Origin: Spirochaetia bacterium
GTDB taxonomy: Bacteria > Spirochaetota > Spirochaetia > UBA9216
Assembly (NCBI GenBank): GCA_963677925.2
Contig: CAXXYH010000003.1
Location: 32,001 to 96,000, forward strand
Length of the DNA stretch: 64,000 nucleotides
Direction: 5' to 3'
Below the pieces are notes generated by a model that saw only the letters and a program-made list of their open reading frames with translations, did no database searches and was not told the origin of the DNA. The position numbers were made by a program, and so were the translations under genes. The first letter of the stretch is position 1; each line of letters opens with the position of its first letter. Positions 40,413 through 50,830 of this stretch are shown in pieces.

Positions 40413-43322
40413 TCAAGCGCAGTCATCAATGGTAACTTGAATTACAGTATGCGACATGATATCAAAAATAGAGCCTGGATCTATGTATTTCTCATCCGTT
40501 AAACACTCATATAAAGAACGTTCCATGTAGCTGCTTTCAATAGACTTCCTGACATCTCTTTTATAGATATTATCAAGATAATCCATATCATCAATATGGA
40601 CCGTTATAATATGATTAATCGATTGATCATGGATTTTCTCTTCACAAACATCCTTTATGACGAGAGCCTCTGCTTCAGATATTTTATATTTTTCGCGAAT
40701 ACTTTCAATAACATCACTAACTGTTACTTTTTGCGGCTTAGTATTACCGCCTGCGCCGCCAGTATTCTTTTTAGAATATTTCCCTTCAAGCTTTTTTTCT
40801 CCGGCATAGGACACTGCTGCCTTTGTTACATAGATCCCGCGCATTATTTTTTTTAACTCAGACTCGGAACCTTCTTTCAGTAATTGAGGATAGATAAAAG
40901 CAGTAAAAACAGCAAAGATCAAAAAATCTTCTTCTATTTCGAAAAAGTTGCTAAGGAAAACAAAGGTCGAATGGTATTTTGACAAGAGATTTATGTACTC
41001 TTTCTGGTGCTCTACATCTTTTATTTTCCCCAAGAAAAGGGTTTTCAATCTTATAACAAGCGTCTGTTGATTAGCATCTAAACCGGACTTAATTATTTCT
41101 ATATTATCCCTGGCGGTTGCCATATTAAAAACATTCCAGGATATTATTTCATCATAAAGACTTTTTAGTTTCTTTATGTTCGGTTCTACCGGTTCAAATG
41201 GTGTTCCTTCCCGATACTTCTTGAATGCCTTGATTATCTCATCAGCATTATTGGTGAAGTCGACAACAACTACATGGTCTTTATTGTCATGACAGCGGTT
41301 TAAACGGGATACTGTTTGAACTGCGTTTCGATCACTGACAGGCTTATCGAGAAACATTCCAGCTAACAGAGGTTGATCAAAACCTGTCTGGAACTTATTG
41401 GCGACAACAAGAAGGCGGTATTTATCAGTATCAAATAAATCTTCTATCAATTCACCATTGCTTAAGGCGTTTATCTGCTGTTCTGTAATATCTTTTCCCG
41501 TTTCAGGATTGGTAAAATCGGAAAAAGCATAGATGACGTCATACCCATATTTTTCAGGATCCGCTTTTCTTTTTTCTTTTAATTTTTCTTTAAGGACTTT
41601 GTAGTATTCCAAACCGGCAATTCTTGATGTTGCCACAATCATTGCCTTTGCTTTACCGTCTATAAGGTCGTAAATATTTTCTTCAAATATTCTCAGCATA
41701 AGCTCTGCTTTGTACTGAATAAGGCCCTTATCCTGATACGCAATATTCTTCAGCATCTTGCTGATAATTCCGGGCGGAAATGTTTTCTCATCCTTAAAAG
41801 GAATAATCCGGCTCTCAAGATTATAGAGCGTTTTATACGAGATAATGCTTGAAGCGACATCAACAATATAGCCTTCCTGAATAGCCTCAGCTTCAGAATA
41901 GGTATCAAAAGGTTTACCGAATAACTGAACAGTTGATTGGCTTGGAGTTGCTGTAAAGGCAACCGTCATCATATTGGGAAATTCAGCCTTTTTAAGCTCA
42001 GTATTGATTTCATCCTCTTCATCAGGAGCTTCCTCTACAACAAAAGATCCGTCATCCTTAAACAAGTTACGGATATTTGTTCCGGCTTTCCCTCCCTGAG
42101 ACCGATGAGCTTCATCTATCAGGAGGGCTACATTTAATGTTTTTATCTCAGAATCACTTTTCAGTTTCTCAATAATCCAGGTAATCTTTTGCTGTGTTGT
42201 AACAATAATCTGCTCACGATTTTTGATGTACTTAGGCAAGTCATCCGCTTTCCTGGCAAATTTCATTTTATTATTCAGATGAGTAAAGTTGCCGAGTTCA
42301 TCACAAACATTTTTATCCAGAACCTTTCTATCCGTCAGGATAAATACTATATCTATTATTTTCTTATTTGTTCCCGGAACATAGAGGCTGTTAAGACGGT
42401 CTGCCAACCAGGATATAGTAAGGGTTTTCCCGGATCCGGCTGAATGGTTAATCAGATAGCGGTTTCCACAGTTACCATGCTCATGGTAATAATCAAGTAT
42501 ATCATCCGCCAATGCAGAAACAACACGGGACTGGTGATATCGGGGGAAAATACTAAAAGCCTCTTTCTCCGGGATGCCATCTGCCGCAGAAACTTTAGGA
42601 ACATAGATGAGATAGAAACTTAAAATCTCCAATATCGATTCCCGGCTCAATACATGTCGATACAAATATTCGATCGGATACTCATCACTATTCTCCGGTT
42701 GATTAACAAGACCGGTATTATACCAGCGGAAGTTCTCTTCCTTCGACGGATTGGCAGCAGCCTTTACTTCGGTGGTATCCGAGGCAATATAAAGAAAAGG
42801 CAATCTAAAAATCTTATCCAGATGATTTCTTCGTACAAATTGGGTAACGGCATCATGTACATTCTGATTTTTTTCGTGCTTTAGCTCTATAACAATTATC
42901 GGAAGACCATTAAGAAACAGAACGATGTCGGGACGTTTCTCTTCTCCTATCTCAAGCTGCGGGATAAAACCGATAATATTATTTGAAGGATTCTCTGACG
43001 ATTCCAGGGAACGAGGAATACGGTCAAACAAATTGAAATGGATTCCTCTGACGGTTAATCCATTACGAAAGATCATCCACAGAGGTCTATGATTCGTCTC
43101 TTCTTTTAACGCTCTGATAATTTCATCATTAGTATCGCTTCCATAATTCTGCTCCAGTTTTACATAAGTATAGAGCTGAGTCTTACGAATATAGGCAATT
43201 AAATCATCTTCGATAAGATACCATTCTTTATCAGACAGATTCTGATTTGAATATTTCTCATATTCATGGATTTCAACTAATGCTTTCTCAAAATGCCTTT
43301 GAAAATCAAGTTCCGTTCCCAT
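40413..43322 (-). CDS. hsdR: Type I restriction enzyme R subunit
   Basis: RPDIVLFLNGLPIIVIELK, HSAGSGKT, DEAH, FTATP and QTVSRLNR motifs. Confidence 0.93.
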   Translation of the reverse strand: MGTELDFQRHFEKALVEIHEYEKYSNQNLSDKEWYLIEDDLIAYIRKTQLYTYVKLEQNYGSDTNDEIIRALKEETNHRPLWMIFRNGLTVRGIHFNLFDRIPRSLESSENPSNNIIGFIPQLEIGEEKRPDIVLFLNGLPIIVIELKHEKNQNVHDAVTQFVRRNHLDKIFRLPFLYIASDTTEVKAAANPSKEENFRWYNTGLVNQPENSDEYPIEYLYRHVLSRESILEILSFYLIYVPKVSAADGIPEKEAFSIFPRYHQSRVVSALADDILDYYHEHGNCGNRYLINHSAGSGKTLTISWLADRLNSLYVPGTNKKIIDIVFILTDRKVLDKNVCDELGNFTHLNNKMKFARKADDLPKYIKNREQIIVTTQQKITWIIEKLKSDSEIKTLNVALLIDEAHRSQGGKAGTNIRNLFKDDGSFVVEEAPDEEDEINTELKKAEFPNMMTVAFTATPSQSTVQLFGKPFDTYSEAEAIQEGYIVDVASSIISYKTLYNLESRIIPFKDEKTFPPGIISKMLKNIAYQDKGLIQYKAELMLRIFEENIYDLIDGKAKAMIVATSRIAGLEYYKVLKEKLKEKRKADPEKYGYDVIYAFSDFTNPETGKDITEQQINALSNGELIEDLFDTDKYRLLVVANKFQTGFDQPLLAGMFLDKPVSDRNAVQTVSRLNRCHDNKDHVVVVDFTNNADEIIKAFKKYREGTPFEPVEPNIKKLKSLYDEIISWNVFNMATARDNIEIIKSGLDANQQTLVIRLKTLFLGKIKDVEHQKEYINLLSKYHSTFVFLSNFFEIEEDFLIFAVFTAFIYPQLLKEGSESELKKIMRGIYVTKAAVSYAGEKKLEGKYSKKNTGGAGGNTKPQKVTVSDVIESIREKYKISEAEALVIKDVCEEKIHDQSINHIITVHIDDMDYLDNIYKRDVRKSIESSYMERSLYECLTDEKYIDPGSIFDIMSHTVIQVTIDDCA

Positions 43323-43325
43323 TTT

Positions 43326-43763
43326 TTACCTGCTTATTGCTTCATATATCCTTAATTTTATTACTTCATCATCTATATCATCGTTAATTACCGCTTCAAT
43401 AATATCATGCAGAAGCTCTTTATCAATCTTACCGGCAGCCAGATGAAAACTTATATTCTCCATCTCTTTAATAAAACGCGGAACAGCAAAAACATAACCG
43501 TTTATAAGAAGGAACTGAGCTCCCAGTGATATTGCAATACGCTTATTTCCATCCTGAAAGCAATGGAATTTATTCGAGCAGTAAAAGAGGTGGGTCAATT
43601 TCTCGACAAAGTCGGGATAATAATCATCGTTCTGGATATGAGCTAAGACACTTTCCAACTGCCCTAAATTCAAGACACCGTCAGAACCGCCGCCGCTGAC
43701 CTCTATAGTCTTATGATATACCTCGAGAGCATTTTCAATGGTGATATAAACGGTGCGGCTCAA
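43326..43763 (-). CDS. Doc-type Fic domain protein
   Basis: HCFQDGNKR motif. Confidence 0.88.
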   Translation of the reverse strand: MSRTVYITIENALEVYHKTIEVSGGGSDGVLNLGQLESVLAHIQNDDYYPDFVEKLTHLFYCSNKFHCFQDGNKRIAISLGAQFLLINGYVFAVPRFIKEMENISFHLAAGKIDKELLHDIIEAVINDDIDDEVIKLRIYEAISR

Positions 43764-44785
43764 TCCCTCTCCTTCAGACGCTTGAACACATCCTTGGCCT
43801 CTTCCAGACGATCCGCCAATTCTTTGCTCTTTTCCCCAATAAACCGCTCAAATTCATCAGCCTGTACCGGAGAAATGTAATCCTTAAGCTGCAAGTGCAG
43901 AGCATCGCGAAAGGCCAAATCACGGCTTGCCATCTTGTTTCTTGCACGTTCGACAAGGGGTACCCAATGGGGCTGCCTTTCGAATTCGGAGAATAAGACA
44001 TCAGCTTCAAAGGATGTCAGCATTGCCCCTTTCTTCTTGAAGGCTTCTTCAAGTGTTTTAGCAAATCCGTATTCATATGCAGCAATAAGGTCGAGGATCT
44101 CGGAATAGAAGGTATCCCGGACCTTATCCTTCTCCTGAAGTTTCAGGATTTTCCTATATTCTTTCGAATTCTCCCTGAAAATGCTTACATATATCTTATC
44201 GGTATAAAGAGGGTACTTGTATTTCCCCATATCAAGATAGTTCTTAAGGGCATCGGTAAACTCTTTTCGATAGTTTTCTTCCTGAAAATAGGCGATTATA
44301 AAGTCTTCATCACGCTGATTCACATATTTTGTAGCACCGCCGGTACACTTGTTGATAGTATCGATGACGATATCCAGAATCACCTGACGGAGGATTTTAG
44401 CCTTTTCGCTTTCCGTAATCAGCATTCCCAGGTTCAAAAATGAACGAAAATCAAAAACACCAAGGCTTGGAGCCTTCTTGATGTTAACGAAATACATTTC
44501 GTCGACATCAGCTTCGGAAATGGCTAATTTCAACTCCTGCAAGGCTTTACCCCGTAAAACCTCGTAACCGTTATGTTTAAGCTCATCTTCGTTCTGAGAC
44601 AGATAATTATCGATAGTCCGGGGGCTTACCTCAAAAAAATCAGCAACCTGCTCTTTTGTTAGAACGGCCTTATCCATGTAGCTGATGGTGTGGATTCCGA
44701 CATTGCTTTTAATTTCTTCCAGAGCATATGGATTATTGAGGATATTCTGCCGTTCTACCCCGGATACGGTGAGATCTTTAGGCAT
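43760..44785 (-). CDS. Putative DNA-binding protein inserted in the hsd operon
   Basis: Start MPKDLTVS at 44785 overlaps the hsdS stop; LTKEQVADFFEVSPRTIDNY HTH-like segment. Confidence 0.7.
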   Translation of the reverse strand: MPKDLTVSGVERQNILNNPYALEEIKSNVGIHTISYMDKAVLTKEQVADFFEVSPRTIDNYLSQNEDELKHNGYEVLRGKALQELKLAISEADVDEMYFVNIKKAPSLGVFDFRSFLNLGMLITESEKAKILRQVILDIVIDTINKCTGGATKYVNQRDEDFIIAYFQEENYRKEFTDALKNYLDMGKYKYPLYTDKIYVSIFRENSKEYRKILKLQEKDKVRDTFYSEILDLIAAYEYGFAKTLEEAFKKKGAMLTSFEADVLFSEFERQPHWVPLVERARNKMASRDLAFRDALHLQLKDYISPVQADEFERFIGEKSKELADRLEEAKDVFKRLKERD

Positions 44786-46061
44786 AAACAGCCTCCTGTA
44801 CATCTGCTTCGGTAATTCGCCGTTTACCGGTAACACATTCATGAATCAACGATTTCTTATACTCTTCCAGCTTCTCAATCTGGAGGGTTATTTTCTCGAG
44901 AACGGTATCTATTTCAGATGTTTTTTGGTCGAGGTAAGCTGCAATATTTAATTGTTCTTTATAGCCTGGAACAGGAATATATAATCTTTTTATTGTATCA
45001 ACTGAAATCCCAGGCTGTGCTGCGGCATTTGAATATTGATTAAGATTCATAATGATTAATAATGCCTCTAACCAACGAATTGCATATCGCCTTATTGGAT
45101 AGCAAACTATTGCATGCTCTGTTGCCCAAAACTTTCCGCTAATATAATTTATATTCCCACAAAGAGCGCCTTGTCGTCCAATTAATAGATACTCACCATC
45201 ATTATTGTATTCTGGAAAATATCCACGTAAACCATTGCCGCCCAATACAGGGAATGAGCCTTCATTTTGTATCTGCTCTGATGTAAGGTTCTCACCACTT
45301 TGAAGTTTAAAATTATCTTTAATTCTTTTAACCTTCCAGCCTTTCGGTATTTTTCCAATCCATTCAATTCCGGAATCTTTCATCTCTACTGAATCATCCA
45401 GCCCCTTGGTAACAGCTTTATAGATAATGGATTTCTTGAGTTCTTCAAGATTCTCAAGCTGTTTCCTTTTTACAGCAACGGCCTTATCTATGGTAGCAGT
45501 TGTTCTATCCAGATAGGCTGAGATAAGCTTTTGCTCCGGAAGAGGTGGAAGAGGCAGTATTCCATTTTTGATATGCCTTCTTGAAATAGCCCATCGAGTA
45601 ATTCCTGTTGCTTCCCGATGAAATTGAGATGCAATAGATAAATCTTTAAAACACCAAAAAATAAAAGCCCCATACAAGCGATTTTTATAATTTCGTAATA
45701 TTGCTAAATGATAACCACATAATAGATTTTCAATTTTATCCTTAACAATAGCAGGTACTGCAATATCGAAAGGGTCCTCAGAGTCTTTTGTAATAATTAC
45801 ATCGCTTTCTTCAAGCTGGAACTTAATAACTTCATTTTCATTTGCAGTTGCTTCCATGAAATTGATATCTTGTTTTATGAAATCGTTATAATAGACATCA
45901 ACATAATTACATAGTTTAACTGGTTGCTCATTATCCTCAGTCTTTTTATCCACATTACTAGGAATTACATAGCAACTCCCCTTAATCTTTGTAGAACGCC
46001 ATTCCCTCTGGATCATACCGATCCATTCGGTACCTGACTCAATCAAATCTGACACAATCAT
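44778..46061 (-). CDS. hsdS: Type I R-M specificity subunit
   Basis: Two target-recognition domains with conserved PPLPEQKLISAYLD and DSGIEWIGKIPKGW spacers. Confidence 0.93.
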   Translation of the reverse strand: MIVSDLIESGTEWIGMIQREWRSTKIKGSCYVIPSNVDKKTEDNEQPVKLCNYVDVYYNDFIKQDINFMEATANENEVIKFQLEESDVIITKDSEDPFDIAVPAIVKDKIENLLCGYHLAILRNYKNRLYGAFIFWCFKDLSIASQFHREATGITRWAISRRHIKNGILPLPPLPEQKLISAYLDRTTATIDKAVAVKRKQLENLEELKKSIIYKAVTKGLDDSVEMKDSGIEWIGKIPKGWKVKRIKDNFKLQSGENLTSEQIQNEGSFPVLGGNGLRGYFPEYNNDGEYLLIGRQGALCGNINYISGKFWATEHAIVCYPIRRYAIRWLEALLIIMNLNQYSNAAAQPGISVDTIKRLYIPVPGYKEQLNIAAYLDQKTSEIDTVLEKITLQIEKLEEYKKSLIHECVTGKRRITEADVQEAVYA

Positions 46062-48079
46062 TTCAGCCCCTTCAGAATTACTTCCGCTTCTGATTCCAGC
46101 TGCCAGAACTCTTCCAGTATTTTATCCGCAGGCTTTGGAGGTTCGTATTTATAAAAATACTTGTTCGGCAGGATTTCATAACCAAGCTGCGGCCGGTCTT
46201 CCCATTTGATAATGGGCTTGGAAATCTCCCTTTCAAGAAAAGCCTCTATATCTTCACCATAGGGAATGTATTCATCATCCTGAATGTAATGCTTATGTGT
46301 ATATTTTGCAGAAAGATCCCAATCCTTTATTGCCTTAAAAATCTTCGCGGCTGTTTTATGTACTTCAAGCTCGGGGAAATCAGTCCTGGCTAAATCTGAT
46401 AGCTGGGCTTCAAAAGATTTTGATTCTTTGGTTTGAAGTACAGAATATTCTTTTTCAATACCATCAGGGGTAATAAGCTTTACAGTAAAATCAAGATCAC
46501 CATAGAGATCAAATTTCTTTTTCACATTCGTATTGGAAAGCTGGACATCGAAATTTTCGGTAACCATCATCGGCTCATCATTTTCATCAGTCTGCCAGAA
46601 AGTAACGGCAACCTTATGATATGCAAAATCACTGTTCTGAAATATCTTTACATTTTCATTATCATAACCGGACTTCCTTCCAAGATTATACTGTTCTTTA
46701 ATCCAGGCTCTATGTTCATTCGTCATTCGATTACGCTTGTTGCCGAAGGATTTAGGTTCTTTTTCAAACTGCTGTCTGGCATCAATAATCATCACCTTGC
46801 CTTTATGTTCTACAGGCCTATTGTTTGAAAGCAGCCAGATATAGGTATAGATGCCGGTATTATAGAACATCTGATCCGGCAGCATAACAATTGCATCAAG
46901 CCAGTTATTTTCAATGATCCATCGGCGGATTTCACTCTCTCCGGATCCGCAGTCACCGTTACTCAATGGTGAACCATTAAAGATTATTGCAATTTTGCTG
47001 CCGCCGTCATCTACAGGCTTCATCTTAGTCAGCATTGTCTGTAAAAATAGTAATGCACCGTCATTGGTTCTGGGCATTCCGGCTTTGTAGCGGGTGCTTC
47101 CCAGCTTGCGGGCTTCTTTTTCATAACCGTCTTCACCGCCCCAGGTTACGCCGAAAGGAGGATTTGAAAGCATGTAATCAAATTGATCGTGTTCTCCGGA
47201 AAGCTGGTCCCCGGGATCATCGCTTTCCGGATCATGAGGAATAAGTGAATTTCCGTAATAAATAAAGGCGTTGGAATCGTTCTTAATGAGCATATCAGCC
47301 TTACAGATAGCATAGTTCTGGGGCTGAATTTCATGGCCATGGAGGGTAATCAGGGTTTCGGTTCTGGACTTTTCATCTGAATCATGTATTCTGTCCACAA
47401 CATGGGCTTTTGCAACGGAAAGCATTCCGCCGGTTCCGCAAGCAGGATCGTAGATGGAAACATGCTTATCTTTAACGGAGATATCAAGAAGTTCTACCAT
47501 TAGACGAATGACTTCTCTTGGCGTAAAATGTTCTCCGGCTTCTTCCCCGCTCTGCTCTGAGAATCGTCTTAACAATTCTTCATAGATATATCCCATCTCA
47601 AGGTTACTGATTTTCTCAGGGCTCAGATCTTCATTTCGATACTGGTTAATGATTGGAGCAAGGCGGCCGTTCTTTTTCATCTGGCCGATGATAGCTCTGT
47701 AATTGAAATGATCTATGATCTCCTGGATATTCTCGGAAAAACCGTTGATATAATCCCGGAAGTTCTTTTCCATTATGGTATGATCTTCCTGATAGATTGA
47801 ATCCAGGGTCCAGTTTGTTGAATTTGAGAAATTGTAGGTGGATAATTCCATCTTTTTGACCATCTCATCAAGGTTCCTGGAAGCAAGATCAGGACGTTTT
47901 GAGTGTATTTCTGCTTTTGTTGCTTCTCTCATTTCAATAAGAACACATTCAATGCGCCTGATTACTATAATAGGGAGAATAACGTTTTGATATTCGTATG
48001 CTTTGAACTTTCCCCGAAGGCGTTCAGCTGATTTCCATATTTCATTCGCTAAATTATTAAGTATTTCCTGTGTTGCCAC
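46058..48079 (-). CDS. hsdM: Type I R-M methyltransferase
   Basis: GEHFTPREV, YDPACGTGGML and NPPF motifs. Confidence 0.95.
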   Translation of the reverse strand: MATQEILNNLANEIWKSAERLRGKFKAYEYQNVILPIIVIRRIECVLIEMREATKAEIHSKRPDLASRNLDEMVKKMELSTYNFSNSTNWTLDSIYQEDHTIMEKNFRDYINGFSENIQEIIDHFNYRAIIGQMKKNGRLAPIINQYRNEDLSPEKISNLEMGYIYEELLRRFSEQSGEEAGEHFTPREVIRLMVELLDISVKDKHVSIYDPACGTGGMLSVAKAHVVDRIHDSDEKSRTETLITLHGHEIQPQNYAICKADMLIKNDSNAFIYYGNSLIPHDPESDDPGDQLSGEHDQFDYMLSNPPFGVTWGGEDGYEKEARKLGSTRYKAGMPRTNDGALLFLQTMLTKMKPVDDGGSKIAIIFNGSPLSNGDCGSGESEIRRWIIENNWLDAIVMLPDQMFYNTGIYTYIWLLSNNRPVEHKGKVMIIDARQQFEKEPKSFGNKRNRMTNEHRAWIKEQYNLGRKSGYDNENVKIFQNSDFAYHKVAVTFWQTDENDEPMMVTENFDVQLSNTNVKKKFDLYGDLDFTVKLITPDGIEKEYSVLQTKESKSFEAQLSDLARTDFPELEVHKTAAKIFKAIKDWDLSAKYTHKHYIQDDEYIPYGEDIEAFLEREISKPIIKWEDRPQLGYEILPNKYFYKYEPPKPADKILEEFWQLESEAEVILKGLK

Positions 48080-48436
48080 GATATTCCTCTTTTGTATTGC
48101 CCAGCAGAGGGGCCTATGATAATAGTTTCTCTTTATCTGATTATTATTTATATCATATTTTGATATATTTTAGGGTTAAATTATATTGGATATAGATTGA
48201 ACTTGTGAACCTTAATGAACTTTTTTTGAAAAGAAAAATATAAAATATAGAAGTGTATAGTATAAGTAAAAGAAGTGAACTCATTCTTGGCAAAGGCCTC
48301 CCCCCTACTGTGGGCATAAATCATTGTAATTACTTTATATGTAGCAGATTGCATAAGATAGTGTTACTCCATTTTTTCACAAAAATATATAAATTTTTGT
48401 GAAATTTCTCGGGTATCAATTGTTACAAGCACCAAA

Positions 48437-48449
48437 ATTTTCACCGACG
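48437..48449 (+). repeat. 13-bp direct repeat, right of the R-M module
   Basis: ATTTTCACCGACG. Confidence 0.75.
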
Positions 48450-48469
48450 TTTTCCCGGCAATTGCGGTA

Positions 48470-49285
48470 TCATCTTATAAACCGCTCCACAGACATTGTC
48501 TCAGTATCTATCACTACAAATACCAGTGCTCCGGTTTGACCTGGTTGTATCACAATCGTGTTGCCTACTTCGTGCTTCCATTTCCCGCTGACATCGGGTG
48601 ATTCATGAATATGGCCATGTAATGAAAATAAAGGTTGTCTTTGCTTTATGAAATTATATATGGAATCGGAGCCAACACGTCTTCCATCCATACAGACATC
48701 CAGACCAAGCTTTGAAGGCGGCATGTGAATAATATAAACAACCTTTTCATTACCGGATTTCGGCAAATTCTCGAGTTCATCATGTATAGTAGGTAGTTTT
48801 TTTACATATCCGGACCAATCGACAATTTCAGTCCATCCGTCCTCAGTCGAAAGCAGCGCAGTTCCGTTTTGTATTTGAGGAAGGTAATTGTCATTATCCA
48901 TCCGGCATCTATCTTTTAATCTGAACGGGTAATCGACAACCCAGTTCATTCCAATAAAATCAAAATCATTAATCGTTATTATTTTTTGAGCGATATCATG
49001 GATATAATCAAATCGACTGCATTCTTCCTGAAAAAGTTCGTCAAAAATCTTTAGATCATCATTTCCCGGGTAACTTAGATAATGGATTCCAAGCTGCTCG
49101 AATCTTTCAAAATGCTTATGCAGTTTATCCTTTATAAAAGCATCCTGTTTGTGCAGATCAATATTCTTAGGAAACATATCTCCACCATTAATCACAACGT
49201 CAGGATGTAATTCATCAGCAACATTCACTAATGCATCATATTTTCGATTATCACCGTGAAGATCTGTAATGTATATTATTTTCAT
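48470..49285 (-). CDS. Calcineurin-like metallophosphoesterase
   Basis: DLHG, GGD, GNDD, HMPP and GHIHE motifs. Confidence 0.9.
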   Translation of the reverse strand: MKIIYITDLHGDNRKYDALVNVADELHPDVVINGGDMFPKNIDLHKQDAFIKDKLHKHFERFEQLGIHYLSYPGNDDLKIFDELFQEECSRFDYIHDIAQKIITINDFDFIGMNWVVDYPFRLKDRCRMDNDNYLPQIQNGTALLSTEDGWTEIVDWSGYVKKLPTIHDELENLPKSGNEKVVYIIHMPPSKLGLDVCMDGRRVGSDSIYNFIKQRQPLFSLHGHIHESPDVSGKWKHEVGNTIVIQPGQTGALVFVVIDTETMSVERFIR

Positions 49286-49294
49286 CGTTTCCTT

Positions 49295-49864
49295 TTAATC
49301 GCCAAATATTCCGCCGTTAGCGCCTCTATCCTGAAACTTATGTTTTTCTACTAAAGCGCCAAGAGGGTCCTCGACTTCCAATATTTCACTTTTTGAAAGA
49401 AGATTGAATGTATTTAATAAAAAAGCTTCTTTATCTTCTGCCTTTTCATATTCACTGAGAATTGAAATCTCCTGATACAAACTGCTGAAGCGTCTATGCC
49501 ATAGATCCCGTTCCGTTTGGGCCTTGTCCAGCCATTCAATGAGATCGAGCCTATCAATTGAGTTCAACCTTTCTTCTGCTTCATCTTCTGAATTGAAAAT
49601 ACCGATATATATTGAATGCCAGACAGCGATATAAACAAGACCGTTATTTACATCTTTTGGCCAACGACATTTATCACAATACAGTGTCTCAGTAATAATT
49701 CCCGTTCTTATCCTGCATCCTCTTGTTATATCTCCCGGCTCATATGTATCCATAAAGTTTTCAAAAACTTTGGTCTGAACAGAATTGATTTCATTACCGC
49801 AATCAGGACATTTTATCGAATCCCCCAGTATTAATGTGTCGAATAATCCCATATTATGCCCCAA
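49295..49864 (-). CDS. Hypothetical Zn-binding protein
   Basis: MGLFD..CPDCG..QTK..YCDKC. Confidence 0.7.
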   Translation of the reverse strand: MGHNMGLFDTLILGDSIKCPDCGNEINSVQTKVFENFMDTYEPGDITRGCRIRTGIITETLYCDKCRWPKDVNNGLVYIAVWHSIYIGIFNSEDEAEERLNSIDRLDLIEWLDKAQTERDLWHRRFSSLYQEISILSEYEKAEDKEAFLLNTFNLLSKSEILEVEDPLGALVEKHKFQDRGANGGIFGD

Positions 49865-50139
49865 AAAAGTATAGTTTTACGCAGTTTTATACGTTACTAA
49901 CGTATATCTCATTATAACCTGAATCTAATAAAAATAATTCCGGTGTTTTGCATTTTAATACCGGGGTGACAATTAGCAAGTTTATTTTAAATATCTCATG
50001 ACTCATCTATAAAGCCATCTACTAAAACATATTGTAATACAAGAATCAGTAAATATCAAACATTCATAAAGTTGGCCGTCACATCAACCTTAACAATTAC
50101 AGATATTGGTATAGTATTGGTGGCATGGATGATGTAAAG

Positions 50140-50700
50140 AGGGCCGCGGTGTGAAACACGGCGGTGCGCGGGCCTTTTTACGGCTGGAAGCCAGACGCTC
50201 CCCCCCAGCGGGGGGGACGGGAGGGGGGGGAGAATACAATAACTTACCTTTCGGCGCCGGTCCGGGAGGAAGCCGTAAAAAGCCGACCCGAAGATAGCAG
50301 CTATTCAATAGCCTTATTTACCGCTCATGAGGGTTACTATAAAAATGAGGTTCCAATGCCTATTACGTTATGATTCTATTGAATGGCTGTTTGATGAGGG
50401 CCGGAAAAGTTCCAGGTAACAACCCAGGCACACAACCGCGCAGGGACGCGCGGGACCTGCAGGTACAGCCCTGGACTAAATGGCATGCCCGGAAAAGGGA
50501 GCGCGGAAGCGCGGTTTCCGGGTGTTGAAACAAAGAGTGTCAGAGCAAAAACGGGAGCGTGAAAATGCAAAGCATTTTACGCGGGTTTTTGCAGCGGCTA
50601 CGGATTAAAAGCCCGCCGGTCTGCGTGAGCAGTCCGGGAGTATTGTCTTTTTTTCTTGTAATAAGGAATTTATCACGGGCGGAGCCGGTGATAAATATTG
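50140..50700. other. GC-rich non-coding region with many nested hairpins (oriT/sso or structured RNA candidate)
   Basis: At least eight inverted repeats, e.g. CTTTTTACGGCT (50174-50185)/AGCCGTAAAAAG (50271-50282). No credible ORF. Confidence 0.55.
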
Positions 50701-50830
50701 GTATTACTAAACAACTATCTGAACAATATTCGGCTAACACCATAGCTTTTAAAATAATATTATTTACTATACGCTCATACTGTATCATAATATGCATATA
50801 ATTTAATTCGTTATTAAGAGGTGAATGTAG

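Noticed and set aside
50090-50801. Short ORFs, or a group II intron/retron, in the GC-rich region
   Set aside because: The ORFs overlap on both strands without RBS or motifs; no reverse transcriptase or recognisable intron domain V was seen.
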